Of a DNA stretch of 64,000 bases, positions 52,040 to 63,464 are shown piece after piece. The position numbers and the translations under genes were made by a program. The stretch comes from Octopus bimaculoides (Eukaryota): assembly GCF_001194135.2 (NCBI RefSeq), contig NC_068998.1:19369423-19433422 (forward strand), in the 5' to 3' direction. The notes under the pieces were generated by a model, which was not told where the DNA came from, did not search any database, and saw only the letters and a list, made by a program, of their open reading frames with translations. Numbering within the stretch: the first letter of the stretch is position 1; every line of letters begins with the position of its first letter.

Positions 52040-54407
52040 ATCATTTAGTATATATATATATGTATACACCCACTGGATGGTATTGTCATGTCATACATTG
52101 TGTCATGTTGATCCTCCTTGAACATTGCTTTAAAGGCAGGTACACATATCTGCAGAATGGTCAGCTGCTTGTACACTAATTCATTGAGTAGGTAATTCAA
52201 CTGAATCCTCATCATAAAAACTGATAGATATTCATCCGAAGGGCATCCAGGTGTAGAAACAATGTAGAACTTGGTCCTGCCCTCTGGCTTGTCTCTTCTT
52301 GTCAAACTGTCCAATCCATGCCAGCATAAAAAATGAGATGTTAAATGATGATATATATATATATATATCATCATCAGTATTGACTAGACTATTGGATGTT
52401 AAACACCACTGGTCACAATGTGCTTCCTCAAATTGTCTTAGTTTTCAAATAATGCCACATTCCCCTTCTGAATGGAATGCCAGTTCATGGTAAAGTTACC
52501 CATTTACAACTGAGTGGACTAGGGGAATGTGAAATGAAGTATTTTGCTCAAGGACACAAAGCACAACTGGTTTGGGAATTGAAACCACAACCTTGCAATT
52601 GTAAATGCAACACCAACCACTATATGTGTGTGTGTGTCTTTGTATGTGATTGTGTATATGTGTGTGTGTATATTGTGATGGTAAGTTGATTAAAACAAAT
52701 AACTAGAACCTTACAAAAACTGAATGATGATTTGCAAGGTGAAATTCTGTGTTAGAAAAGTAATGGAGACAAAGGTTAAAATTATCAGTAATGATCAGAG
52801 TGTGTGCATGAGTGTGAGTGTGTGTGTGTAGAAATAGAAATAAGGGATCTATTTAAGTTTAGGTTAATTAGAAATGTTAAAACCATTGAAACAGAAAAAT
52901 GATAATGGAAGACATTTCAAACTGTTCACTAATATGGCATTGGTGTAAGGAAGATAGACTGGTAAAACTATCAGAGCATTGGACAAAATGTTTTGCAGCA
53001 TTTACTGCAATTCTTAATGGTCTGAGTTCAATCTTGCCAAAGTGAACTTTGCCTTCCATCTTTCGATGGATGATAAAATGAAGTACTACTTAAGTATTTG
53101 AATCAATTAATTGGGCAAATTTCTAGTTTTGTGTTTATGTTAGAAACAATCAGTGTAGCTAAATTGAAGAAGGCACTGAAATACTGCAATATATTGGTAA
53201 ATTACGTTTTCACAACCTGTGGGTGGTGTTGGACAAAGAAGTTTTAAACTTTGTTAGTGTCTTACTTCACTGAAGTTTCCGATGATGATCAGGAGCAATG
53301 TTTCCTCTCAAGCTGTGCACATTTTTTACAGCTAACACACACACAAAAATGTGCACACATGAGGCTTTCAAGATGAAATAATTTTCTTTTTAAAGTGAAG
53401 ATGGTTATTCACATGGCGGAGTTGATACTTAGCAAAATAAGACAAAATTTGCATATAGGCATCCCCCATGAGGTCCAGTCCTGGCAGTGTGATGGCTTGT
53501 GTACCTTAATGTCTCTGAGAGCTATGCCCACAGAACACAAAGTCCTACTGGGACTCCCATGCTGGCCAGAGGTGAAAATAGGTTTGTGTAATGCTAACAC
53601 CCTTACCTAGGAAAAAGTAAAGTTACAGAAGCATCGATGACAATTCAAAACCAACAAGGCCTGACAAAGGAAGACCTTCCCTCAGGGAAACATTTCAGAC
53701 ACACAGATAAGAATGTCCCTCCATAGTGAGGGCATGGCCCTGACAGTTGAAAGTTAAGAACAGTGGTGAGAGCCTTTGATGGTCTATGTTCCAATAGGAG
53801 AGAAGGGCTGAAGTAATAAAATTCTGTATACACCCATAGCAAAAAATTAAAGGGAACACTGATCAGGAAGGTGCTTCGTTGTTCCAGCACCTCAGCATTA
53901 CAATCACCTGTAGTAATGTCATGAAGGTTTTGGAGTATCTTAAACAATTTTTTACAACACCTCTAATTGATTCATTATTTCTGCCTTTGTTTTCTCGATG
54001 TTTACTTTTGCATTGTAAATTATGCACTTTTTTACTTAATTATTGCAAATCTTAAATTAGGACACAATTTTACAATTGTCCATTATAATTTTGCTGTATT
54101 TTTAATTCTAAACATTCTAATTAACCTAAAGCTCAAATAAGTTTCTGTTTTTTTTTTTAAGAAATATCCACAGAATACAATAACTCTGACTCCTTTCCAT
54201 TTTCCTAAACATAAAAAAAACAACAATAAAAAACTACTAAGATAGATACCTTGCCCCTTTACAAACACCACATGTGCACATACACACTTTTTATTGAGGG
54301 TATTGAAGTTAGATTTCTTCACAGTTATTGACTGGTTTCATCTCAATAAATTGTACACATATATTGAGTTCTCTTTCTTCAAAAGACAGCAAGACAGCCT
54401 TACTTCG

Positions 54408-54444
<37 letters not shown>

Positions 54445-55619
54445 ATGTATATATATATAAATATATATATATATGTATATATAAATATATATATGTAGTA
54501 AAAATTCTAGTCTTCATGTCTATCCAGAGGTGATAGTAAACCATTTCCATGTACTCTCATGACACAGAATCATGAAACCATAGCATGTTATGGCTTAAAA
54601 ATTCCCAACCAGAACACATGATAAAATAGATTTTAATACCTAAAATAATCAATATAATGTGTTCCAAAGGGTATTAATAAAAGTGAAGTGAAATGACTAG
54701 GACTGAGAGCTGAAATATCTAATATAAATCACTAGAATATCAGGAGACAAGGGGTGACCTTAATCAAGGAGTTAAACCAAAATCATTAGATATATTAGCT
54801 TAAAGGAAGGGAAATGCCTAACATTTTGGATTCTTTCTCTTTTAAAAGGATTATCTTAATATAGCTATATATTTTTTGCTCTGACTTATAAAACCCTGTA
54901 ACCTATGAATTAAAAGGGACATTTGATCTGGTAGATGCTTAAATGTCAGATACTCTACATATAACATCATAGTGTTAAATGATAATTTCTTTATACATTA
55001 GTCGCTGTACTGCAGAACATGGAAACAACAGAATGCCGAGATATATAAGTTTTATAACCTTTCAAAGTTGCATACTTTTAGACAAGTGTTTCTTAAGGCA
55101 GTATTTTGGTGGGAAGGGTTACATCAGAATGCGGTGTATGTAAACAACAAGTTAATAAATCTTGCAATAAAGTTTTGATTAAAACTTCTTTTGAAGATAT
55201 ATATGCTACATATCAGTTTTTCCCATTCATGATGGAGTGCACATTGTTTTTTTTTTTTAAATCAATGATGAGATGTGGGGCAAAAAAGAGTCTAAGAACA
55301 CTGAGATCCCTCCATTTTTTCTTCATGTAAGTTTTCCATATGAACATTAACCTGTAAGAGTTCAGAGTAAACATTTATTCCATTAACCTTGTTCAGTTAC
55401 CTCTATGTGCCATGATTATGAGGTTATGAGAAGAGTGTAGGTGCCATCCTTCTCACCAAACCAACAAATGTACAAAAGAAACATACAGAACATGTATATA
55501 CATGTAGCTTTTAATCAATGATTGATAATCAGCAGAAAACACCATATACCAGAAAAGAGAATAAAAAGTTGTTCCAAATACCAACTCGTATGCATGCATA
55601 ATTTACAGGAAGTGTGCAG

Positions 55620-55975
55620 AAGGGAGGTTCTCTGGGAGGAACAGAAAGAAAAAAGAAGTAATGGGAAGTATTGCGGTAACTAAACTGATGCCGAGAGCAT
55701 TTAAATGTTATATTATTGAAAATATCTATTGACAAGATAGGAGTGCGGTCATGTATAGTTCCATGTAATGGGACAGTACATGACAAAGATGAAGGTCTTT
55801 GGATTGAAGAGAATAGGCATAAAGCATTACCTTAGTAGATGGTGAAAGTGAATGAGAAAGGTGATGGCTGTTGGGTACGAGCAGAATACAGGAGTATGAG
55901 CTAAGGAGGCTACTGACTGTGAATAATGGTAGAGAAAAGTAGAAGCCACTAGCTGTTTGTGGCTTAGAAGGCAAG
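55620..55975 (-). mobile_element. Highly decayed CR1/Jockey-like LINE 3' end
   Basis: LSHKQLVAS.FLY and TWN..P segments resemble the LAHRR.V.SL..FY / LWN.LP motifs; weak. Confidence 0.4.
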
Positions 55976-56173
55976 TAGTCTTACAGATGAATATAAAATC
56001 TTGATGTGGGGGAGAGAGGGAAGGAGAGAGAAAGAGAAAATATATATGATGACCAACAGAAAGTTTCTGTTGGCCTGATGAGTTATACTCAAAACTATTG
56101 AGTGTAGTAGATGAGGTTCCATCATAAGTGATTGAGGAAATTACTGCATAAGTGTGTGTGTTCGTTAGTTTAC

Positions 56174-56203
56174 CTTTGAAAATACACGTTCTGTTTCAGA
56201 GGT
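56174..56203 (-). CDS. VPS13: Candidate 30-nt VPS13 cassette microexon (TSETERVFSK)
   Basis: Acceptor ttgctgctttcttgtgctttttctcag, donor AAG|gtaaac, 30 nt, phase 0-0, no stop. Confidence 0.45.
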
Positions 56204-56921
56204 CTGAGAAAAAGCACAAGAAAGCAGCAATATATTAAATGAAAATTACATTGACTCTAAATAGCTAGATTTTCCAATTAGATGATGGCTGAAGAAAAAA
56301 ATATGATTTTAAAAACATTGTTTTGCTGTAATCTTTCTTTTCTGAACCTTGGAGAATTCCTAAATGTATTTTATTACTGCTATACTAAGTTAAGAGAGAG
56401 TGTTGTTGGTGTTTGATTGAGATAATAGTGCCTAATACTAATAGAAATGGTATTCCTTTTTAATAATCCAAATGGTTGACCTCAACCCAACTATTTTGTA
56501 CTTCATTAGAGTTCTCTATATCAATGTACAACTGCAATGTACAACTGGATGACACATGTTAACCATCCAAAAATACATTTAAGCATTTATTATTTGTTAC
56601 ATGGTACCAAAATTTTCATTATGTGAACTGTCACCTAGTCACTGACAAGGATACACTGCATGTAATCTATGAGTTTTTGGGTTGCTAAATATATATCAAT
56701 GTATATTTTAAGATCATATCACAGATATTATGATGGCCTACAATTCAATAAATTTTAACTAAATGTCAGTTACCTTGAAACATCACTTTATACAAGATTT
56801 CTGTAACATTATTCTTAGTCAAGCTAAAGTGGTGAGCTAGCAGAATCATTAGAATGGCAGACAAAATGCTTAGCTGCATTTCTTCTGGTTTTATATTCTG
56901 ATAGCAGAATAAAACAGGGGG

Positions 56922-57147
56922 TTCAATTAAACTCTTTATTATATGTCATGAATTACATAATCTTTACACATATTTCACTAGCATATATTAGTTTGTTGCA
57001 TGGCAATCAGTACATAGATGACTGCCAGAAGATCTGGTGTTTCAAGGTAATTATATAACTATCTATAAGGATTACCATACAAGTACACACTAGCGAAACA
57101 TGTGTAAAAGTTATGTAATCTATGGTATAATAAAGAGTTTAACTGAA
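56922..57147. mobile_element. Unclassified MITE-like fold-back element with about 75-bp imperfect inverted arms
   Basis: TTCAATTAAACTCTTTATTATA...ATTACATAA.CTTTACACA mirrored by TGTGTAAAAGTTATGTAAT...TATAATAAAGAGTTTAACTGAA. Confidence 0.7.
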
Positions 57148-57165
57148 GCTTCTGTTTAATTGTAT

Positions 57166-57214
<49 letters not shown>

Positions 57215-58498
57215 TTAACTATAATTTATATATATAAATTATATATATAAATTAAGTATTGCTTAAGAAACAGCTGTAAGACCTATTTATAAATGTTCTA
57301 TAATGCACACAGTCTTGTTTTTTATCTCATAACGAAAAATAAATCCTGATATATATATATATATATATATATATGTAGGCACAGACATGGCTGTGTGGTT
57401 AGGGAGTTTGCTTTTCAGCCACATAATTTTGGGTTCAGTCCCACTACATGGCACCTTGGGTAAGTGTCTTCTGCTATAACCTTAGGCTGACTGAAGCCTT
57501 GAGATTGAATTTGGTGGGTGGAAGCTTCCATTGTGTGTGTACATGTGTATGTAAGTGCTTGTGCCTCCTAACAGAGAGGAGGGATATATATATAATATTA
57601 GTACAAATGTTACTAAATCTTGAGTTTAGTCAATATTTTACCCCTGAAAATAAGAAACATGAGTGCAATGTAGTGGCAAAAATCTTAAGTGTAAAAATTT
57701 TGTACAGGTGCATAAATCTAAGCAATAAAAGTATAAACAAAATTGAAATCAGAAGTTATCCAAGGTAAGGTGTATATAAGCAAAAATTATATTTGTCAAT
57801 TAGCAGTTTATTTCCAGTGATAAACAAAGATAATAGCAATAACACAAGCAAACAAGCATACAGTAAAATTGAAATATCTTAAACATCAAAAAATAAACAA
57901 AAAAAAATTAAATTGCTTTCAAAACCCACCCTATCCAACAAATTAAGAATTTCTCATTTATGAATGTAATTCAACATGGTTTCATTTCTAATATTTGTTT
58001 TTAAAAATTGGAAAGTCACAAGAATACAACTTTCCTTTTGATGATTCAGGGAAATTATATGTGAAATAGAAAAATCTTGTAGCTTTTCATTTAAAACAAG
58101 TTGCTCAACCTGCGAGAAATAGTAGCTAAATCTCCCTCAAACAAAACGTCACTGCAGTGATTTCCAAACAGTGTCTCATGACACTAGCATGGTAATTATT
58201 GAATAAAGAAGTTATTACTACCCTTTTTTTTTTTTTAGGTAATTTAAATTTTAATTATAGGTGGAAATTTATAAAACTTTGCTAATCCTTTTGTTACCAT
58301 GTTTCTATCGAAATACATTGCCTTTGTTGCAAATGATAAAAATAAAAAATGAAGTATTTTGTAAAATAACCTTGACATTATTAAGCTGGTATTTGAAACA
58401 TAAATTAATGTGAAATTTTGTTGAAAGATTTTAGTTTAGGTTATTTTAAAAAAGGAAGTTTGTGTAACAAAACCAGGGATAATCTCAGACAGATTGGT

Positions 58499-59228
58499 NN
58501 NNNNNNNNNNNNNNNNNNNNNNNNNNNNNNNNNNNNNNNNNNNNNNNNNNNNNNNNNNNNNNNNNNNNNNNNNNNNNNNNNNNNNNNNNNNNNNNNNNNN
58601 NNNNNNNNNNNNNNNNNNNNNNNNNNNNNNNNNNNNNNNNNNNNNNNNNNNNNNNNNNNNNNNNNNNNNNNNNNNNNNNNNNNNNNNNNNNNNNNNNNNN
58701 NNNNNNNNNNNNNNNNNNNNNNNNNNNNNNNNNNNNNNNNNNNNNNNNNNNNNNNNNNNNNNNNNNNNNNNNNNNNNNNNNNNNNNNNNNNNNNNNNNNN
58801 NNNNNNNNNNNNNNNNNNNNNNNNNNNNNNNNNNNNNNNNNNNNNNNNNNNNNNNNNNNNNNNNNNNNNNNNNNNNNNNNNNNNNNNNNNNNNNNNNNNN
58901 NNNNNNNNNNNNNNNNNNNNNNNNNNNNNNNNNNNNNNNNNNNNNNNNNNNNNNNNNNNNNNNNNNNNNNNNNNNNNNNNNNNNNNNNNNNNNNNNNNNN
59001 NNNNNNNNNNNNNNNNNNNNNNNNNNNNNNNNNNNNNNNNNNNNNNNNNNNNNNNNNNNNNNNNNNNNNNNNNNNNNNNNNNNNNNNNNNNNNNNNNNNN
59101 NNNNNNNNNNNNNNNNNNNNNNNNNNNNNNNNNNNNNNNNNNNNNNNNNNNNNNNNNNNNNNNNNNNNNNNNNNNNNNNNNNNNNNNNNNNNNNNNNNNN
59201 NNNNNNNNNNNNNNNNNNNNNNNNNNNN
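58499..59228. other. Assembly gap (730 N) in the long upstream VPS13 intron
   Basis: Run of N. Confidence 1.
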
Positions 59229-59309
59229 GTTCAGTCCTGTTGTGTAGCATCAAGGCCAACCAAAGCCATGTGAGTCAACTTGGTAGATGAAGACTGAAAG
59301 AAACCTGTC

Positions 59310-59374
<65 letters not shown>

Positions 59375-59639
59375 TCTCTCTCTCTCTCTCCCTGTTTTGG
59401 CACTGTGTGATTGTTGTAAATGAAAGTCCTTCATTTCCAATATTCTGCAAAAACATGACTGACCATGGGGGAAATATTATCTTGCTTAGAAATAGACATG
59501 GGTTAGTAACAAGAAGGGCATTTGGCCATAGAAAATCTGCCTCAATAAACCCCGTCCAACCTGTACAAGCATGGAAAAAGCAGATGTTAAAACAATGATG
59601 ATAATTAAAATTATCACAAAAATTGTGTACAATTCCTAT

Positions 59640-59800
59640 CAGCCATAATGTTCTTCTCCCCAGTCGTCCCCTCATTAACCATTATGCCCAGTCTTTTACT
59701 CTCCTCAAGAAAACCCCTCAACTCTCTATAATTCCCAAAGCCATTAACTTACAACTGTTCAAAAGGAATGTTAACTGTATTGATCTCACCAGTTTCAGAG
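59640..59800 (+). mobile_element. CR1/Jockey-clade LINE 3' end remnant
   Basis: LPSRPLINHYAQSF...INLQLFKRNVNCIDL resembles LINE ORF2 terminal motifs. Confidence 0.6.
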
Positions 59801-60049
59801 AACAGCTGAAAGCCATAGATACAGCCCATTCTTCCAGACTAAACTAATAACATCCACTCTTACAAAATATTTAATTAAAAATCTTTGCAAGAAATCTCTG
59901 GTATCATAAGGAATAAATAAAACAATTGTCTATTATCAATAAAGAAATAAAAAGATTTTATAAGTGAGGCTAGATATACATTTCTTACTTGAAAGAGAAA
60001 CTTAACAGAACACTAATATAATCCAATGTTTTCTATTCTGATACTTTAA

Positions 60050-60269
60050 CATTTTAGTATTTAAACTAGCCATATCAGGCCCAAATATTCTACCTATTTT
60101 ACGTGCAAACTGGCCAGATTCAGCCTTTCACACTTACCCTACATTACCATTCTAAAAATAAACAATTACATCATTGAAATCTTGAAGCTATGAGATCATG
60201 TGTGATTAATTCAAAACAAAGTGGATAAATAAGCATTACACTTGATAGAGTAATGAAAATGCTAAAAGG
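60050..60269. mobile_element. Same TTAA MITE (orientation of the 44089 copy)
   Basis: TTAA|CATTTTAGTATT ... AATGCTAAAAGG|TTAA; partial copies also at about 3050-3239 and 28571-28735. Confidence 0.75.
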
Positions 60270-60387
60270 TTAAACTTACTGTTATATTTATTATTAGATT
60301 TGAATTATGGAAGCTTTCTAACCTGTAGTTTCACTTAACCTCTAAGCCTAAAGTATTAATGAAAATGTATAGGAAAATGGGCATAGA

Positions 60388-60775
60388 AATGACAGAGTGG
60401 TCAAGAAGCTCACTTTGCAACCACATAGTTTCAGGTTCAGTCCCACTGCATGGTACCTTGGGCAAGTGTCTTGTACTGCAGCCCCAGATCAACCAATGCC
60501 TTGTGAGAAAATTTGGTAGATGGAAACTGTGGAAGCCCATCATACATGTGTGTGTGTGTGTGTGTATCTGTGATTGTCCACCTGACTGCTTGACAACCAG
60601 AGTTGGTTTGTTTATATCCCCATAACTTAATGGTTCGGTAAAAGAGACAAATAGACAAAGTTGCAGATATTAAAATAGGTACTGGGGTCAATTTATATGA
60701 CAAAGCCCTTCAAGGCAATGCCTCAGCATGAACTCAGTTGAATGACTGAAATAAGGAAAAACAAAAGATAAAAGA
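60388..60775 (+). mobile_element. Near full-length SINE, same family as 19585-19940
   Basis: GGTTCAGTCCCACTGCATGGTACCTTGGGCAAGTGTC core, (TG)n spacer and tail. Confidence 0.8.
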
Positions 60776-61156
60776 TAAATAAACACAAACATTGAGTAAT
60801 GCTGCTCTGATTAATACCCTTTGATCAAAACCAGAATATTTTAGTTGGAAAATTTGTAATTATAGGATTTGGGAGATATACTATAGATTCTCATGCTCCA
60901 TTGGTTCTGTACAGTTAAGGTACAATAGATCAACAGGAGTGGTCAAAGCAGTTGGATATGCTCATAGTTGTATAATTAGATTCTTCACATTAAAAGCAAT
61001 TCACATAGAAAGACACATAAGAAAGAGGTCATGCAGAAATAACAGAATAAGTCAGCAAGAACATAACAGCAAATCAGCCAGACAATTGGTAGTTAATGAG
61101 GGTAAGATATATACTTTCTAGAATCTGAGAAACCTCAATGACTAAAAACATGTTTT

Positions 61157-61316
61157 TAAATTCAAGTTAAAATTTTCTTTCCTATATTCTAAAGCAAGCA
61201 TTGTTAATGTAGATCAAATAGATACTTTCTACAGTCAAATGAACTTCAATCACTAAAAGTATGTAATTAAATTCAAGTTAAAATTTTCTTTCCTACATTC
61301 TAAAGCAAGCATTGTT
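61157..61316. repeat. 49-bp direct duplication, 111 bp apart
   Basis: TAAATTCAAGTTAAAATTTTCTTTCCTA(T/C)ATTCTAAAGCAAGCATTGTT at about 61157 and 61268. Confidence 0.85.
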
Positions 61317-61558
61317 TAATTTTTTATTTGTCAAGGAAAGATAATAAAACAGAACTTTTTTATGAAATAAAACCAACATAAATCTTTCTTTTTAGATAAA
61401 AGATATTCTGGGTGTTGGGCTGCAATTTTCATCAAAGTTACTTTGTTAACTTGAAGTTAGTCTGCTTTATATATAAAACCTGATTAGCTTTGTGTGTTAA
61501 TTTTCTTCAGTTCATATTTATAAAACTAAGTTTAAAAATTGACATTGCTAAGGAGAAC

Positions 61559-61840
61559 TTGCTGGATGAGTGCTACACCAGAATCCTGCATCATATGGCT
61601 CTGGGCATCTATCTCATGGATGAGAAACATGACCAATGTTGACCTTTGTGCTGGTCTACCATAGGTAACCACAAAGATTTGACAAAGGAATGACTGAGGC
61701 TCACTGTCCACAGATTATGCCACCATGATGTCATTGCTTCAAGGTTTATCCTCTGGAAGTTTATACATAGTAATGCTACATGTGCTTGGTAGATAATATA
61801 TGTGGACACACTGAGGAAAGACATTGGCTATAACAGGAGG
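61559..61840 (+). mobile_element. Decayed RTE/RTE-X LINE ORF2 C-terminal remnant
   Basis: Frameshifted LDECYTRIL..MALGI..W...TN..L..GLP.VTTKI..LRLTVH...HDVIASRFILWK.......IIYVDTLRKDIG resembles the RTE-type LDGCYTRMLR...RRLRLAGH...LILW...YVDTL tail (by eye). Confidence 0.65.
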
Positions 61841-63356
61841 GGTATCATATCAAAAGCCCAAGTTACCACATTGGCCTTGACTTAAATGATGTACACAGTT
61901 TGGATTCTGCTGTTATTGTTTTTCTTATGAGAAAAGCAGTGAGCTGGAAGAATTGTTAATGTGTCAGACAAAATGCTTAGTAGCATTTCTTCTGGCTTTT
62001 CATGTTTTGAATTTAAATTCCACTGAGGTTGACTTTGCCTTTCATCCCTCCAGAGTCAATAAGATAAAGTACCAGTTAAATACTGGGGTTGATGTAATCA
62101 ACTAACCTCTTCCCCCTAAAATTGCTGGCCTTACACCAAAATTCGAAACCATTATTTAGTATGAGAGTTATAGATAACACAATTATGAATAACTACAATG
62201 TTTTTCACTTCATAGAAATAATAGTTACTCTTTAAACTTTAACAAATAGCAGATTACTATAAAAAGAAGAGTGGTTCCATTTGTATTGAACAGATTGATA
62301 ATCATTGCTATTTTCAATTCAATATACTTTTATGGACATGTATACATGATAGATTAGAAGTGGTGGAAGATATATCTATCAAGTAGAATAATCAATAAGA
62401 ATTTCTTAAGAAATAAGTTCAGTCTGATCAACAATATATCTCTTTCTAAACTAATGACAGGATAAATATTCTATAACACGTTCTAATTTATGTAGATAAA
62501 TTTTGGAAACATGGAGAGACTACAGTAGTTTTGTTGGCAGTGAACTTATGTCTTGCTATTCATTAAGTACTCAAATCTCTCCATTTGTTTGAAAGAATAA
62601 AGGAATAGTTTCCTCAAGGATTTGGTTAAGGCAGTTAAGAAAAAAAAATTGTTGGAAAACAAATTGTGACAAATTAGAAAGATATTTAAAGAAAGTGAAG
62701 GTAATTTTGTTTTTGTTTTACAAAAGTGTGTAAAGAGTTTACCACACTAATAATTCTGTTTGTAATCTCCATTCCTTTGTAGGACAAAAATCCCTCCATC
62801 CTCTATTATGAAGTCATACTTCCAATCATTAGGGCAGTTGAATTTCCAGTCAAATATAATATCTAATTCTCCAAAAGTTTGTATCAACTCATACCTAGAC
62901 TAAGGATTACAAAATCTGCAACTCTTTCAGCAATCATTCTATGCTATGCTTCATTTGGATGCGGTCCAATATTCTTATTATCAGTATCTAAGTGTTTTAA
63001 AAACTACTATATAGTTTTAAAAAAATACAAAGCAAAAACAAAACATTGATTATAGGAAATATTTTCATCAACATATTCCAGAATTACAAATTGTATTTAG
63101 ACAGTGACTTCTCAGATTTAGCTAGATATTTAGTTTGAAGATATGATTGTTTAGAGCCCATACAAAACTTTGCTGATACACCTCATTGCTTAGAGCTAAA
63201 ACCAATCAATCTCAATGCTGCTGACATCAGAATTGGCAGTGATCAGTATAACAGAATGAAACAAATTGTGAGTTAGCGAACAAGGGAACAATACTCAGTT
63301 GCTGTATCAACCAAAGGTCAGCAGTCTAGGAACAACATCATCAAACTGGCACTTAC

Positions 63357-63464
63357 TTTACCATGTTGGCGCCACTCCTTCACTTTGGGATTTTTTTTGT
63401 CCTTCTCTTTTTTCTCTTTCTCGTCCCCTTTATCCCAACCTTTTCCTTCTTTTTCCTTGTGTAC
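63357..63464 (-). CDS. VPS13: Probable VPS13 exon, Lys/Glu-rich (VHKEKEGKGWDKGDEKEKKEKDKKNPKVKEWRQHGK)
   Basis: cctag acceptor, AAA|gtaagt donor, 108 nt, phase 0-0, open frame; compatible with the phase-0 exon at 46858. No recognisable homology motif, so tentative. Confidence 0.6.

Larger units (their letters stand above)
10624..63464 (-). other. VPS13: VPS13 (VPS13A/C-like) lipid transfer protein gene, 3' part; the 5' portion lies beyond the window end
   Basis: 25 GT-AG exons (46858 to 10624) splice in frame to 915 aa carrying hallmark VPS13A/C motifs: [55 protein letters not shown]-like, [17 protein letters not shown]. The span includes two tentative upstream exons. Confidence 0.95.

Noticed and set aside
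53255-53315. Minus-strand CTGATCA...GAAACTTCAGTGAAGTA motif, also exon-like
   Set aside because: Core G8 is mutated and there is no stem I/II pairing; as an exon, all three frames hit stops
53645-53947. 100-aa minus-strand ORF (also 52045-52374 and 46195-46428)
   Set aside because: No recognisable domain and no splice support; partly built from SINE/RTE tail sequence
17364-59290. Long ORFs in the track running through N-gaps and (TA)n/(AG)n/(TG)n tracts (e.g. 17364-17918, 21181-21949, 41428-42016, 58418-59290)
   Set aside because: Artefacts of stop-free Ns and dinucleotide repeats
62820-62894. 75-nt candidate exon (YELIQTFGELDIIFDWKFNCPNDWK) with AG/GT ends
   Set aside because: Open only in a phase incompatible with the phase-0 intron (phase 0 gives an immediate TGA); weak pyrimidine tract
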